The position numbers and the translations under genes were made by a program. A stretch of DNA of 64,000 nt from Eledone cirrhosa (lineage: Eukaryota): positions 188,356,001 through 188,420,000 of the forward strand of contig OZ024743.1 in NCBI GenBank assembly GCA_964016885.1, read 5' to 3'. Under the pieces are notes generated by a model, which was not told the origin of the DNA, searched no databases, and saw nothing but the letters and a program-made list of their open reading frames with translations. Shown here piece after piece: positions 44,786 through 58,800 of this stretch; position 1 is the stretch's first letter, and each line of letters begins with the position of its first letter.

Positions 44786-46095
44786 ATTAGGTTATCCGGT
44801 AAATAATTCCTTTGTGGAAGTGGATTTTGAATAGAAAATCACATTACGCATTGATCTAATCAAGTATATATTGCCCATTTAAATATATAACATTTTTCCA
44901 ACGTTAACGCTGTAAACGTTTTCTTATGTCATTCCTACAGAAATCAGAGGGTTTTGAAGAAAAAAAATCCCATAGGTTCATTTCAAGTGACTCTTTTTCA
45001 TTAATAACTTGTTGCAAATTTCGGAATAAATGATAATCTGAAGGAGTAACGCAGGAGGATATGGAGGATGGGGAAGCTTTTCCCAGCCATGTTCCTCAAT
45101 CTTGGAACATGTTATACTTGCATTATGTGGTGGAGCGTTGTCATCATAACACATTTTCGGTTGAGTAGAATGTAATTTATTTATTTCAATCTTTCGTTCA
45201 CTCGATTGACCTGTTCAATGTACATTTAAGTTGTGATTGTCTGGTTCTGTGACAACATTTCAAAGTGTATTACACCCGTCATATCCCGCTACGCGCTTAA
45301 CATGACCATCTGAGCATAAATACCTTGTTTCGGATGATGTTCTGATTGAAACCACTGCTGGCAGCCTTTAATAGTCTTATAGAGTATCCATCTTTTATCA
45401 GCGGTTACTAGAGAACTCAAAAATGGGGACTTACACTCTTGAGAATGACAAGCAGTGCAGATGTTGAAGCGTTCTCTTCCATTCTTTAGACAGCAATCCA
45501 AGTTTATGTAAATGGCGATGGATAGTTGACGAAAAGGAATTAAGCACTTCTGTTGAAAGGTGATGTTTTCAATAGCGGCTTTCAGCGTAGAGTTACATGA
45601 TTATATAAGAGAAGTTCCGGCTTGTAGACAGATAAATTTAAATTGTTCTTTTTATAACCCTTCATGAAAATGGAAGTCACAGAACAGCACATAAGGTGTC
45701 TCATTCTTTAAGAGTTCAGAAAATGCAATAATGCTACGAATATCCTAAACATGTATGCTGAAGATGGTTTGAATGTTCGTTATTTTCAACGATGTTTCAA
45801 TAAATTTCGACATTCTGGGAGCTCTGTCCCAGAATGCCGAAATTTATTGAAACATCGTTGAAAATAACGAACATTCAAAACATCTTCAGCATACATGTTT
45901 AGGATATTCGTAGCATTATTGCATTTTCTGAACTCTTAAAGAATGAGACACCTTATGTGCTGTTCTGTGACTTCCATTTTCATGAAGGGTTATAAAAAGA
46001 ACAATTTAAATTTATCTGTCTACAAGCCGGAACTTCTCTTATATAATCATGTAACTCTGACCATTCATTTTGGTACAAAAATGACTGTACCTAAT
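44786..46095 (-). mobile_element. Degenerate mariner transposon (~1.3 kb)
   Basis: ATTAGGT at both termini; N-terminal MEVTEQHIRCLIL*EFRK...YFQRCFNKFR; catalytic region PFLSSLVTADKRWILY...GVIHFEML...LPHPPYPP. Confidence 0.9.
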
Positions 46096-46349
46096 CATCT
46101 GAATGTCATCAACAAACCAAATTACATTTTTGACAAATACCAATCGGAGCCACACTTTTTATATGAAACAGAAAGAATCTTCAAACTCCAACTCGTCGCG
46201 AATCACGCCACAACAGAAACCCAAACCCTCCATCTCTCCATCTCAATTTTACTTTTGAAAATCATAAGAACTGTAAAACCGGTAAACTAAGTAAATATTC
46301 TTAAAAGACTCCAGTTGCATTTTCAATTTCTTTTCCTTATATATATATA

Positions 46350-46432
46350 TAAAACAAAGGAATTGTGGTAAGGAACTAGATGGAAATAGCCGTCGAAACG
46401 GCTTGAGCTCTGACGTCGGGGTCATACTTTTT

Positions 46433-46436
<4 letters not shown>
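46350..46436 (-). mobile_element. Minimal family F1 insertion (~85 bp)
   Basis: Reverse-complement tail joined directly to arm tagccgtcgaaacggcttgagctctgacgtcggggtc...ttccta, between TA runs. Confidence 0.8.
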
Positions 46437-46501
<65 letters not shown>

Positions 46502-46502
<1 letters not shown>

Positions 46503-46954
46503 AATAAAATGGGGAGCTGTGTGGTTACAATTAAGTATAATGAAAAATAAAAGCTACGGGTGAAAGAGGGGAAAATCCATCGTCAGTTGTCTGCTAGGAA
46601 TCATAGGTATTTCTTCGCGTTAGAGACAATATACCTCAGCCTAAGGCGAACAATAACTAAAATAAGTTATTGGGATAAAAAAGGGAGCGGAGAGAAAAAC
46701 ATATAAACAGACACGAAGGGTGATGCAACGTAAAGAATGACAAAATCCTACTTCTCCTATTTTTCCCCTCTTTACGTTGCTTCACCCTTCGTTTTTCTCT
46801 CCCCCGCCCCCTTTTTTATACCAATAACTTATTTTAGTTATTGTTCGCTCTAGGCTGAGGTATCTTGTCTCTAACGCGAATAAATGCCTATGATTCCTAG
46901 CAGACAACTGACGATGGATTTTCCCCTCTTTCACCCGTAGCTTTTATTTTCATT
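46502..46954 (-). mobile_element. Foldback pLTR-like insertion
   Basis: 46535-46737 pairs with 46768-46954; extra tail 46502-46534; related to 50245-50400; contains CTGACGA. Confidence 0.8.
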
Positions 46955-46965
46955 ATATATATATA

Positions 46966-48029
46966 GTAATAATAATAAATGTGAAGACTAAAATCCGAAG
47001 AGAGCTCGATAAGGATAATATATATATCGAAATATATAAAACCATAGAGCAAATATTTATTAAAATAACAGATTGAAGTTTAAGCAAAGAATCGTCGCTT
47101 TCACCCTTAACGGAATCTTCTGAAACTAAAAACAAAATCAGTCTGTGGACGCAGAAGTAAATATTTCGAAACACGTTGCAACAGAAGGAAAACAGGAAGA
47201 CGATACTTTGGTTCGTGAAGACGTTCCCTGTCAATGAACGGAAAAAAAGCGAAGATAATACGTTGGTCTGTGCAGCGTTGAGAACAATTACACGCAAAGA
47301 CAAAATACCAATACCACGTTTATCGTATAAATGGAGTCATTAGACTAATGTTCTATTTAGGAAACTGAATGATTCTCAACTCCGGAGTTAAGAATAATGT
47401 AAATAAATTTGTTGAACGAAAATGGCAGAGGTTATTAAAATCGTAAAAGTAATGATATTTAAGACTTATACAATTATATACATACATGCACACATCTATA
47501 TACGTACATACACGTCCATACGCAACAACGCACGCCGTACGTACATGCACTTGCACACCTACATATACCCGCACACATACGAACGTATACACCAAATACA
47601 CATATGTGTGTATTCAAATAATTATATATACATATATAAATATGCACACATATATACATATATAACACGCACATACATACCTACACATAAATACACGTAT
47701 GTTCAACAATCATACATATACCAAAATCATATGTACACATATACATAACATACATACGTGCAAACACACATACACATTCATACATACCCATATATACAGA
47801 TACATACATATATGTGTATACAAATAAATAGAAACATATATATATATATACACTTACATGCATATACATACATACACCAACTCATACATATACACAACAA
47901 TAATCTATATCTATCTATATATATATATATACATACACATACATAAACATATACATAATACACATACATACACACATTCCCATACATCCACACACATAGA
48001 CACGCACACACACACACACACACACACTT

Positions 48030-48076
<47 letters not shown>

Positions 48077-48941
48077 CACATATACGCATACATATATACG
48101 CACAAACACGTAATACACTTATACACACATATAATATAACCACACATACATATAATATACACCTATAACATATACAAGCATATATACGTACGAAAAAGTA
48201 TACGCACCTATACAAATAAGTAATGGTATAAACATAAAATATACTTAGCTACCACATCAAGGCGTAAATTATTCGCAAATTGTTCGTACTATCCGTTAGG
48301 GTATAATGTAGGGCTGTAATACAGGAAAGCTTTATGCAATTTATGTTTACAAGCCGAAATTGCCTCAGATTTTTTGTTTAAGATGAGACCATTGGCGTAG
48401 AGTATTTCCAAGGCTTCAGGCACAAAGATCGCATGGTCTTTTGCTTCCGTTATACGATCTAGCTCTAGCTAGGATCACCCAGTGTTCCTATATTGGGCGT
48501 GGTTGTCTTTTAGACTCCAGATATAAGCTGAAAGTGACGTCATGTTCCTTCTTAAAGGGTTAAGAAAAGAATGGGTGTGCATGTAAAGACGCTGCTTGAA
48601 TCTATTGGCAGTTAAACCTATGTAGGCCCTACAAGACGTGGGTGTGTCAACCTTACATTTTTAGACAATATTACTGACAATATTGTCTTTGCGTCTAATT
48701 GTTCTCTATGCGCAACATAACCACGTATTATCTTCATTTTTTTCCGTTCATTGCCAGGGAACGTCTTCACGAACCAAAGTTTTTTCTTCATGTATTCCTT
48801 CGGTTGCAACGTTTTTTGAAATATTTACTTCTGCGTCCACAGACTGATTTTGTTTTTAGTTTCAGAAGATCCCGTTAAGGGTGAAAGCAGGGTGAAAGCA
48901 GCGATTCTTTGCTTAAACTTTAATCTATTATTTTAATAAAA

Positions 48942-48945
<4 letters not shown>
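46966..48945 (-). mobile_element. Second, older Naiad-type element with inverted pLTR
   Basis: 48300-48675 translates (with stops and frameshifts) to KCKVDTPTSCRAYIGLTANRFKQRLYMHTHSF...TSLSAYIWSLK...CDLC...ILNKKSEAISACKH. 48682-48945 is an inverted copy of ~47055-47303. Small pieces of the same family lie at 32857-32952, 40650-40745, 42670-42820 and 49035-49090. Confidence 0.9.
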
Positions 48946-49023
<78 letters not shown>

Positions 49024-49086
49024 TATATATATATAAAGTTTAAGCAAATAATCGCTGCTTTCACCCTTAACGGGATCTTCTGACAC

Positions 49087-49147
<61 letters not shown>

Positions 49148-49327
49148 CCCGAATCCTCCTGGTCGTTCTTTTTCGGCTGCGCGGGTAATTTTAGGCATAA
49201 TCTTTATGTGTTGGTAATTTAACGATAGTTATAGCTCTGATTTATCCAAATTATTGAGCCCTCTGCCACTCATATCGGATTTGTTAATCGTTAATTCGTG
49301 AGCTGATTTTCCGATACTCGATTATTC

Positions 49328-49358
<31 letters not shown>

Positions 49359-49523
49359 CAAGACCACCCATGACCCAACGTGTAAACCTACATTTTTGAG
49401 CTGACTAGTAACCGTTGATGGAAAAAGATTATTTTAAAAAAATCACGTTCACTTACAAATAATCTTTTAAATAATTGAAATATACACAGACATGTATATA
49501 ATGTAAAATGAATTTTGGAAGGC

Positions 49524-49600
<77 letters not shown>

Positions 49601-49619
49601 GGGGGGGGGGTATATATAT

Positions 49620-50400
49620 ATGATATATGTATTGCACTATGCTTAACTTCTTTATAACAGAGTATTTCTCTGTACCAGCATGTTTTTAAGATCGTTAATG
49701 CTTTTAGCTGTTCCTAATTTCATGTTTTGCAGTTATATGCTCCTATTATTCATATGCCTCTTCTACATTTGCTATCTTCTCATATATGAATGTTAATACT
49801 TATGCTTACTTCCCATATTGTGTAGGTTGAAAGATCACTGATGAAGGACTAATTTTATTCATATGTCACCCATTCATATGCACTCCATTTTTCTTATATT
49901 TATAAATTTTCCTCAGCTGCGATTGTCTGTTTCTTTCTTACTGCTTCCCCTCTCTCTGTATCTCTCACCTTCTTTTTACCCCCTCTGCCAGTCACACTGG
50001 CCTCTTCCTCACACTTCCACTCACGCACTCTCTGCCTTCCCCCTCTCTCACTTCCTCTCGTTTGACCTGTGTGAAATCCTTTTCTCGCTCACATCTCACC
50101 CAAGTCGGATGGTCTGTATCTCTCGTCCATGATTTTACCAAGCTTAAGCTTACAGATATCATGTACTTGTCTCTTCCTATCTTTCCGTTGCAATACCATC
50201 TTTGTTTGTTTACATGTCTCGCTCATTTCACCCTAATTTACTCGTCCCAATAACTTTATTTAGTTATTGCTCGCACCAACCAGAGGTATATGATTTTTAA
50301 AGCGATGAAATACCAATGAAGGTTGGAAGATCACTGATGAAGGACCAATTTTATTTATATGTAATCCATGTTCAACCACGCAGCACTCCATTTTTCTTAT
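49620..50400 (+). mobile_element. PLE-like 3' fragment with partial tandem pLTR
   Basis: ggttg(a/g)aagatcaCTGATGAaggac...gcactccatttttcttatat occurs at ~49825-49898 and ~50321-50400; TA-flanked. Confidence 0.65.
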
Positions 50401-50449
50401 ATATATATATATATATATAATTATATATATATATAATTATATATATATA

Positions 50450-50487
<38 letters not shown>

Positions 50488-50507
50488 AAATTAGAAACCC
50501 TTCTTAT

Positions 50508-50620
50508 TTGTGTTTTAACCTTTGATATATACACCGATGATTCCGGCCTTGTGCTTGCATGGATGAAATGATCGTTATTAATTAAATGTTCTTAAACACC
50601 GTTTGATTGTTGTTTTTAAA
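50508..50620 (+). mobile_element. Short pLTR fragment with hammerhead-like core
   Basis: CCGATGA-ttcc...ggat-GAAA-t gatc g-TT, followed by (TA)n. Confidence 0.55.
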
Positions 50621-50625
50621 GTATA

Positions 50626-50679
<54 letters not shown>

Positions 50680-52009
50680 AAATTAGAAAACCTTCCTATT
50701 TAGCAGGAAATATTTTCTAAACACATTCTGTCATAACACAATTTATATGATTAATATGACTTAATATTCGGTCACCAAATTTTAGTTAGATACTGTAATA
50801 CTGTATCCGATTCTTTGAAGTCACCTGTTATAATTTTATTCAACAACACCAGCAGCTCTCTTTCTCTCTTCCATTTTCTTTTTCTGTCTCCTTCTCTCTT
50901 TCTCTATCTCTCTATGTCCCTATTTCAATCTACTCTCTCACAACTATCTCTTTCTCTCTCTATTTATGAATGTACCAGGAAAAACCCCGTATCTCAGGAA
51001 CCTATGCTCCAATTTACGCAAAACTTGTTTTATTCCATTTGTATTCCCATTTCAGGGGAAACATTCTTTCAATGTATTTTCTCCAATATGAAAAGTTTTG
51101 GCTGTATTAAATTACAGTCAAGCACACCATCACAGAGTTTCAGTAGTATATAAATAGATATATTCAAAACAAACAAACACCGCCAACAATACTACTACCT
51201 TTCACCATCATATATTTTAAACTCGTGTCAATTAATTCAACAAATGCACACCTCAAAAAAAAAAAAAAAAGAATGATCTCTTCTACAACCCAGAGATTCA
51301 AAAAGGGTGGTGGTGGAGAACTTTGTCATTCTTTACAGAAGATGTAAACATTTGCTGTTTCAAAGGAAAAAATATTGTAGTGGAATATAGAGAGGGAGAG
51401 AGAATTTGGTGGTCTAGTGAGAGGAGGAAATATGTGAGAGAGCAATGTATATAGTGGGATAGAGAGAGCGGGAAAGAATTTATTGATTTATTGAGAGTGA
51501 TAGAGAGTGAGGTAAGTAGTGGAATATAGAGATAGGGAGAGATTTTGTTGGTCTAGTGAGAGAGGAAGATTTGTGAGAGAGTGAGGTATGTAGTGGAATA
51601 TGACAACATGACAACAAACCTATCAAGTGCATGTCAGTGATCACCTTCTGATGAGTTAAGTAATACCATATCATCTGCAAATTCCACCTGACTAATCATA
51701 CACCTGGCAGTATTGATAGCACTTCCAACCTGGTTATGCATGTCAATCCTGTCCATGAAGATTATGAACAGAGTTTGACTCTCACATTGAATGGTTTTGA
51801 CTTAGTATCATTTATCTGAATACAATTACTAGGGCATTTGTATAGAGACTTCAGGGCAACAAGAAGCTGTCCATCAATCCCATAATACTGAAAACCCTTT
51901 CACAACAGGTCCCTGAAATATATAACCAAGAGAGAAAATAAAAGTTGTCATTAATATACTTGATATACAAATATTAATCTTTATAATCGAACAATGGATG
52001 CATGTCTCT

Positions 52010-52430
52010 AAATGCACCATGCCTTTCCATGCTTCATGGGTTGGTTGATTCCTTTTCAGCACAGCATCTCTAAACTAATGATACTTTGTCACCTCTACCA
52101 TGAGCTTTAGTGATCTGATTCCTCTTATACCCAGTTTCATTCTTACTTTGTTATTCATACACATCTATCAAAGCTTTTCTCTGCAGCCTCACATATCCTT
52201 TGCAGTCATTGCCTTTGTTTCACTATCATGTAGCATTGCACATATCACACAGGTATCATACAACTGACATTTCATTCATAGGGAGAAAGTTTTTGTTGTC
52301 AACAGGATTAATAACTCTCTAACCTTCTTCCATCTAGTTCTTATTTTATCTACTATACACTTGAAGCACCAACTTTGGTAATTTGGTCAGCTAGATAGCA
52401 GAAGCTATCAACCAATTTTATGGATGCTAC
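52010..52430 (-). mobile_element. Degenerate RTE LINE 3' region
   Basis: Paralogous to 23653-23935; FCYLADQI-like segment near 52400. Confidence 0.65.
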
Positions 52431-54134
52431 CTGTCAATATTTCCTGAAAATCTATTGTACACAAAGTTTTCCTTTTCTGTCACTCCACCTGCTATAGCAC
52501 TACAGCTCTTGTGATCCAAGTATTAAACAATGTGCATAGCTTAGATTTCCTACCTACTCCTCTGCATATATATATATATATGCACTCATATATGTTCTCA
52601 TATATGTTCACATACATACTCACACACTCACACACTTACATACACAACATGCACATATGTATGCATTTTCTCAAATCATAAATAAGAAAATCTGTTTCTT
52701 CAATTAGAATTAAGAATAGTTTGATCTGTGATTAAGTGAGAGGGTGAGTGGGTAAATGGATGAGTAATCGTTCCTCCTCTTGAATTAAAATATCAATTGG
52801 CCACTGATATCTCAACAATATGGTCAATTTTCAATACCAGATTGGTTAAGACTGCAATTTTCCTTTGATTATATAATTGGCACTTTGAAAAAATGTGTAC
52901 TTCTATCTGCATCAGTGTATGTATCAGTACAAGTGTGAGCATGATTATATGTGAAATTATTATTGTATAGTGCATGTGTGTATATATATGTGTGTGAGAG
53001 AGAGAAAGTGAGAGAGAGAGAAAGAAATAGAGAATGACAGATAAGTATATAAATTGAAGACAAAAACTGAGAGACACAGAGAGAGTGTGTGAGCATGTAT
53101 GTGTGTTTTATATATGTGTGCATATGTATTTTGTATATATGCTGTTGGAATATTTTCTAGTTATTTGAATTTGAAGTGATTAGTAATTTTATTGGGTTAA
53201 TAAGCTGCCTAATTTTCGGATTGATTAGTTACTTCATTCATTACTGAATTGCAAGAACGATGGCTTGCAATTTGAAAATAGGCAGTTTGCTACAAACACC
53301 TCATAATTATCCCATTATAGACTATTTCCTCATTTCTCTGGAGTTTGTTGTACTTTAATGAATGAATGATTGATTGAATGAATGACTGAATAACTCAATC
53401 AATAAAGAAAGAATGATAGTCATATAGCAAAAGAAAAATATGTAATGACCCTATATAAAAATATTTAAATTGTTAAAAACAGAAGAAAGAAAACCTCACA
53501 TTCATTATCATCATTTCCAACGCTAATTCTTGTATGCAAATAACAATAATCATAAAAACTACAGATACAAATAAAGTTGACTCAGTCTTCCTAATAAGAA
53601 ATAAAAGAAATATTAAAATGAAGCTGTATAATCTCAACATCTTTATAAACATCATTGTCATTATCATCACCATTGTTATTATCAACATTGTTGTCATTAG
53701 CATCATCACATTTCTCCAGCTGTCCTTCCTCATCATTGTTAAGATCATTTCGATTTGTTCAAACATTATCATCAGCATTGACAGTATCAATATTATCTCA
53801 TAAAATCACTTTCTTTGGTATAATCTCAGTATAACAGATATGTATACGAAGGCATATACAATATGTTTGTTTAATAAACATATATAATCTCACTCTGACT
53901 GTTTTAAGCTGCAATCGTGTCACAGATATCTCAGTAGACATATCAGAATGCCAGACACTAGTTAAAATAACACTATTGATGAATAAAAATTCTGAAACTC
54001 TATTGTCTGACATTCTCATGTACTTTTTGATATAGCTGTGACATGAATACAACTAAAACAGTCAAAGCAATACTTGTATATGTTTATCTTACATAATCAT
54101 ATCATATATCCTTTCATATATGACACTTTTCTGA

Positions 54135-55800
54135 GTCATCATCGTCATAATTATTTTTACATGCTCACATGGGTTGGATGGGTCCTCTTCAGCACAGCAT
54201 CACTCCACTTATCGAGTCCTTTGTTGTCTGCTCTTTGAGTCTCTGTGATTTGAGATCAGCTCTCATCACCTCCACCCTAGTCTTCCTTGCTCTACCTCTA
54301 CTGATTCCTTTTCCTGGTACTTCTTTAGCCATCAATCATCATCCATTCGTATCACATGTCTGTTCCAACAGTCATATCTCTTGTACACCACTTCAAATTC
54401 CTCTTAAAACCAGTTCATCCCTCAGTTCATCCAAGCTCTGCCTTTCTCTCTCATTTACATTGTACATATAAAGGAGCATGGTCACTTCATTTCTCTCCTG
54501 CCAATGCATGTCCTCTGCAGTCTCTGGCCATGTTTCACAACCATGCAGCATCACACTTCATACACAGGCCTCATATAGTCATCCTTTTGTATATAAGGTA
54601 AAACATTTTGTTGTCAAAAGTGGGAGTAGTTCTCTAAATTTCTTCCATCCTATCCTGAGCTATGTATATCTGTTGTCTAGTTTCTGTCTAGCTACCTGGT
54701 TCTGGTCTCTGCTACCCCCAATTTTCCCGTCTTTCCTCATCTGTTTCTTGACTTTAATGACTCTTTCTAGTGTGCTGTTCCACCATTGGGTCACCCTCTG
54801 TCTGACTGGCACTTTGTTCCAGCTATAAATCTAATCAAAAGGTTGTCATATAAGAATTTCCAACTGTACTCTATGTCATATGTATCTTACTCATCTTCCC
54901 TCTTATCAAATGCATCCCTTAGAGACTGTCTAAACCTATATTTAACCAAAAGGTATTTTAGCTACCATACTTTCCATCACCATATCTTGTTCCATCTTGT
55001 GTTTACCATGATGACACTAATAACTAACATGTATTGAGTGGCACATTTTTCCCAGGGGAAGACCTTAGAATTTATCACCATCAGTCTATCTCATTGACTT
55101 GCAAGTAAGAAATCAATTAGTTTTTTGTGTTTGCCTGATTTGTATGTGATCTGTTGGCTGGCCTGAAATTTGTGTTGCAAATGGTCAGTTCATTTGCAAC
55201 ACAGAATTCCAGGAACCTCACTCCTTCTTCATTTCTTGAGCTATAACCATAGCCATTGTGAAATCCAATGATTTCATCCTGGCACTGTCACACATATCCA
55301 TTAACTCTTTAGCATTTACATTACTCTATATTTACTATTATATTTTCATGGTAAAGGCTTTACCCTACATAATTATTTCACATAATATTGAATCTATAAG
55401 ATTTTGATATTATTTATTTTGAGAACAATACCTTAACATTGGTATGAGTGGTCACTTATAGCTGGTTTGAACAGAAAGAGGTGATAGAATTCTGGCTAAA
55501 GGGGTAAAGTCGCCTGCCAAGATGATGAGGTCTCTTTCATCAGTAACTAAGGTTGTCAGTAAAAGATCCTCATAGAACCTGTCCTTTTATTACTTACTGA
55601 ATCCTGCCTGTGGTACATTGGTAGATGTAATTGTCACAGTTTATTTCCTACAGTTATTCTAAGCAAAACAATTCTGTCACTTACTCTACCTCTATCAACT
55701 TATCTATCCATTTCTCAAAAAGTAGAATATCTACACCACCTATCCCATCGTCTTTCCCTACACAGTAAAGTTTATATCTATGTTGTTTGCTTATGGGTAG
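54135..55800 (-). mobile_element. Degenerate, internally deleted RTE LINE
   Basis: APE endonuclease remnants (YKLYCVGKDDGIGGVDILL; LIILAGDF) at 55500-55790; RT and 3' end at 54135-54660. Confidence 0.75.
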
Positions 55801-58800
55801 TCTCACTGAGGCACCCCTTGATGCCCTTCCTATCACCAACCAATTTACAGCATGACCTGGGTGCATTATTCGTCCTACCAGCACTAGAGAGGTTGTCTTA
55901 CTAGAGTCAAGATTCCTATCTACAGAATATCATCACTTGTTTACACTGAAACATTCATCTTGACAAGGGAAAAATAAATTACCAGATTGTTTTAGTAAAC
56001 AAACTAACATTTATGTCCTTGAACATCTAAAATAATGTTAGCTGCATTTGCTCTGTAGACTTTGAGCCATAAAAAAGCTTCTATTCATTTGTTTGCTTTA
56101 CTAGAATAAACAGCCAAATTTTCCTTAAATCACATATGTGATCTTTAAAAACGGACACATTCAACTCTGTAGTGCTGGGTATTCCAAACAATTTATAGGA
56201 CTGGAACATCTTTTGTGACAAAGCAACTATGTTACCAGTAACAAGTAAATGTTTTACATTTTCTTGGAACTATTGAACTCAAATGTAAAAATTAGTGTAA
56301 GATATGCTTACAAACTTTATGGATTTTTGTGCCATAAATAAAGACTATTTTTTAAATAAAAAGTCCAAGCTGTGAAAATATGGAACATCATCATCCTCAT
56401 CATCATTTCATTTTACGTCCGCTTTTCCCTGCTTGCAAGGGTGGGAAGGGAACTGATTCTGGCTTGATTTCTACAGCTGGATGCCCTTCCTAACACCAAC
56501 CTCATTTACAGTGGGTGTTTTTTTGCCGTGGCACCTCCACGACCACTTTACAGTGGAATGATAGGGACCCCAGTCCCTATCATCTCATTTCTACAGCTGA
56601 GTAAACTGGAGCAATATGAAATAAAGTGTCTTGCTCAAGGAAACAACACATCACCTGGTCTGAGAATGGATGTAAAATCATAATGACAATGATGATGATG
56701 ATGATGTGTGACACAAGCATGTCATTTAAAGTACTCTATTCATTATTTCTCTTCTAGTGATTAAAAGAAATCACGAAGTTACCAGGTTTTAGTAAAACAC
56801 TTCAGCAAACAATCAAACAAATATAACATTCAAAGCAGCAAGAGAACCTCTACTTTATTATTTGGCTGTCAAGATATAACAACCAGATTCCTCTCAAATC
56901 ACAAATATCTTAGTGTTATAGATACACTTTTCTTTCTAAAGATATAGTACTATGATGAAATGTCTTGTTTTACAGGGCAAATCTGGGGCTAAACAGCAAC
57001 AAAAGATCAATAGCACAGATTTGACTTGCAATAGTAAGCTTCACTTCTTCAAGAGCCAATGAGGAAGCTTCTAAGTAGTAGCTTGACATGCTAGAAACAG
57101 AAGACATTTAAACAACAATAAATGATCAATATCACAAATTTAATTTGCCAGGAACTCAATATCACTGATTTTAGAACACTCAGATGTTCCATATTTGTCC
57201 ATGTACCATATTTACAGGACCCGTGCACAAAAGACTGCCTAGATAGTCAAGGGGAACAATTTGTGTTTACTTCAAGCCTTTCAGTTCTTGCCATTACATG
57301 CATAATCAGATCCAAACAAACAGACACATCTACATTTCTCCAGAACAGTACTGCAACATATTAAGAACACTATTCCACCTCCTATTGTGTTTAAACAATC
57401 ATAAAACATACATATTTGCCAAGAGAGCCACTTCTCAATCATGTTTGAATGTATGCACCCATAACACCTGATGGAGCTGTAGGGATGCCAAAGTGAAAAA
57501 TGGCATATTGAGCATTAAAAATAATATTTTGGTGTCCGTCCCTATCTAGTTTTGAACATAACTAATTTCTTCCTGGGGAGAGGAAAGGTGGGATAAATAG
57601 GGAGAAAGCAATAAAGAGGAAAAATCGATCCCAGTACATTTCTGCTTTCCAGTTGGAATATATTTGACTATCATTTGTTTTTGTTATATTTACTCAAGAA
57701 TAACCCTTTTAACATTGAACTTTCAACAAAATATCTTTTCAAAACATTTTGTGTTTGCAAATGTACTTTTGTGACTTTAATATACAAAAATCAAACAAAT
57801 TCAAGCAAATATGCAGGTAGCCTTCCCTTGATCATACAAGCTGTGTTTGATATAAAACAAGACCTCTTGTTTTATATCAAACCAGAAGGCAGCACAGTGA
57901 TTTATTTAACTGCCACTTATATTGTAGATTCTACACTTTCAAGGCAGATAATTCAACCACACATGTTTAAAGAGCTAATCTAATATGGTGAAGATAATAT
58001 CCCATTTGTGGACACTTGGTGTACATATATTTTGTATTGTTTTAATTTCTCTCTACAACAAAAATACCATTTGTAAATGAACCTGTTTCCAATGATATGA
58101 GGAACATTAATACAACAAAATATATACTAACAAATAAAGAGAGAAGAAACAAATTATCTGCTCATTAAAGCTTTCAAATAATTCATAATTAATTTTCCAT
58201 GTGTTGTTATTAGTGCAAAATTTACCGTAGATTGAATGCAACCATTTGGAATAGATTACTTTGTTGCGTGAAATAATTGAAAGCCAGTGCCTGAAGGGAA
58301 ACAAAATGAAAAGAAAGATAGCTGTAACAAGATCAAAACAATTTAGCTTTTCAGATCTCTGCTGTGTTGTTACCTCTGACTTGTTTTTAAAAAAACAAAA
58401 GACACTTCTATTACATAGAAACAGCAAATGTTGTATCATATCTGTTTGGAATGAGCATCATTGTGCAAATGTTCAATTTACTTCTATAGGGACATGTCAA
58501 GTGTAGATTTCTCATTGTTAAGTTAGTTAAATATTTTAAACTTGAAGAATAAGTTTTCTTATTTTAGAATGTCCCTTGTTGTGACATGAATCACTCTTCT
58601 ATTTCCAAATGTAGTTCAATTGTGGAAGCATTTTCAGACTTTGATTGATTGTAATGTAAGGCTACCTTATATTTGTTGTAAGGAAACCATTACTGCTGTG
58701 GGACTCCTAAACAATTTTCGTGGATAATTCTACTGCAAGTTCATTTCAAAACAAGTTAATGTACAGTTTTACAGGACACATCTAGCAAGTTTCTCATGCC

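Noticed and set aside
53473-53803. Met/Ile-rich membrane protein ORFs
   Set aside because: Degenerate (CAT)n repeat.
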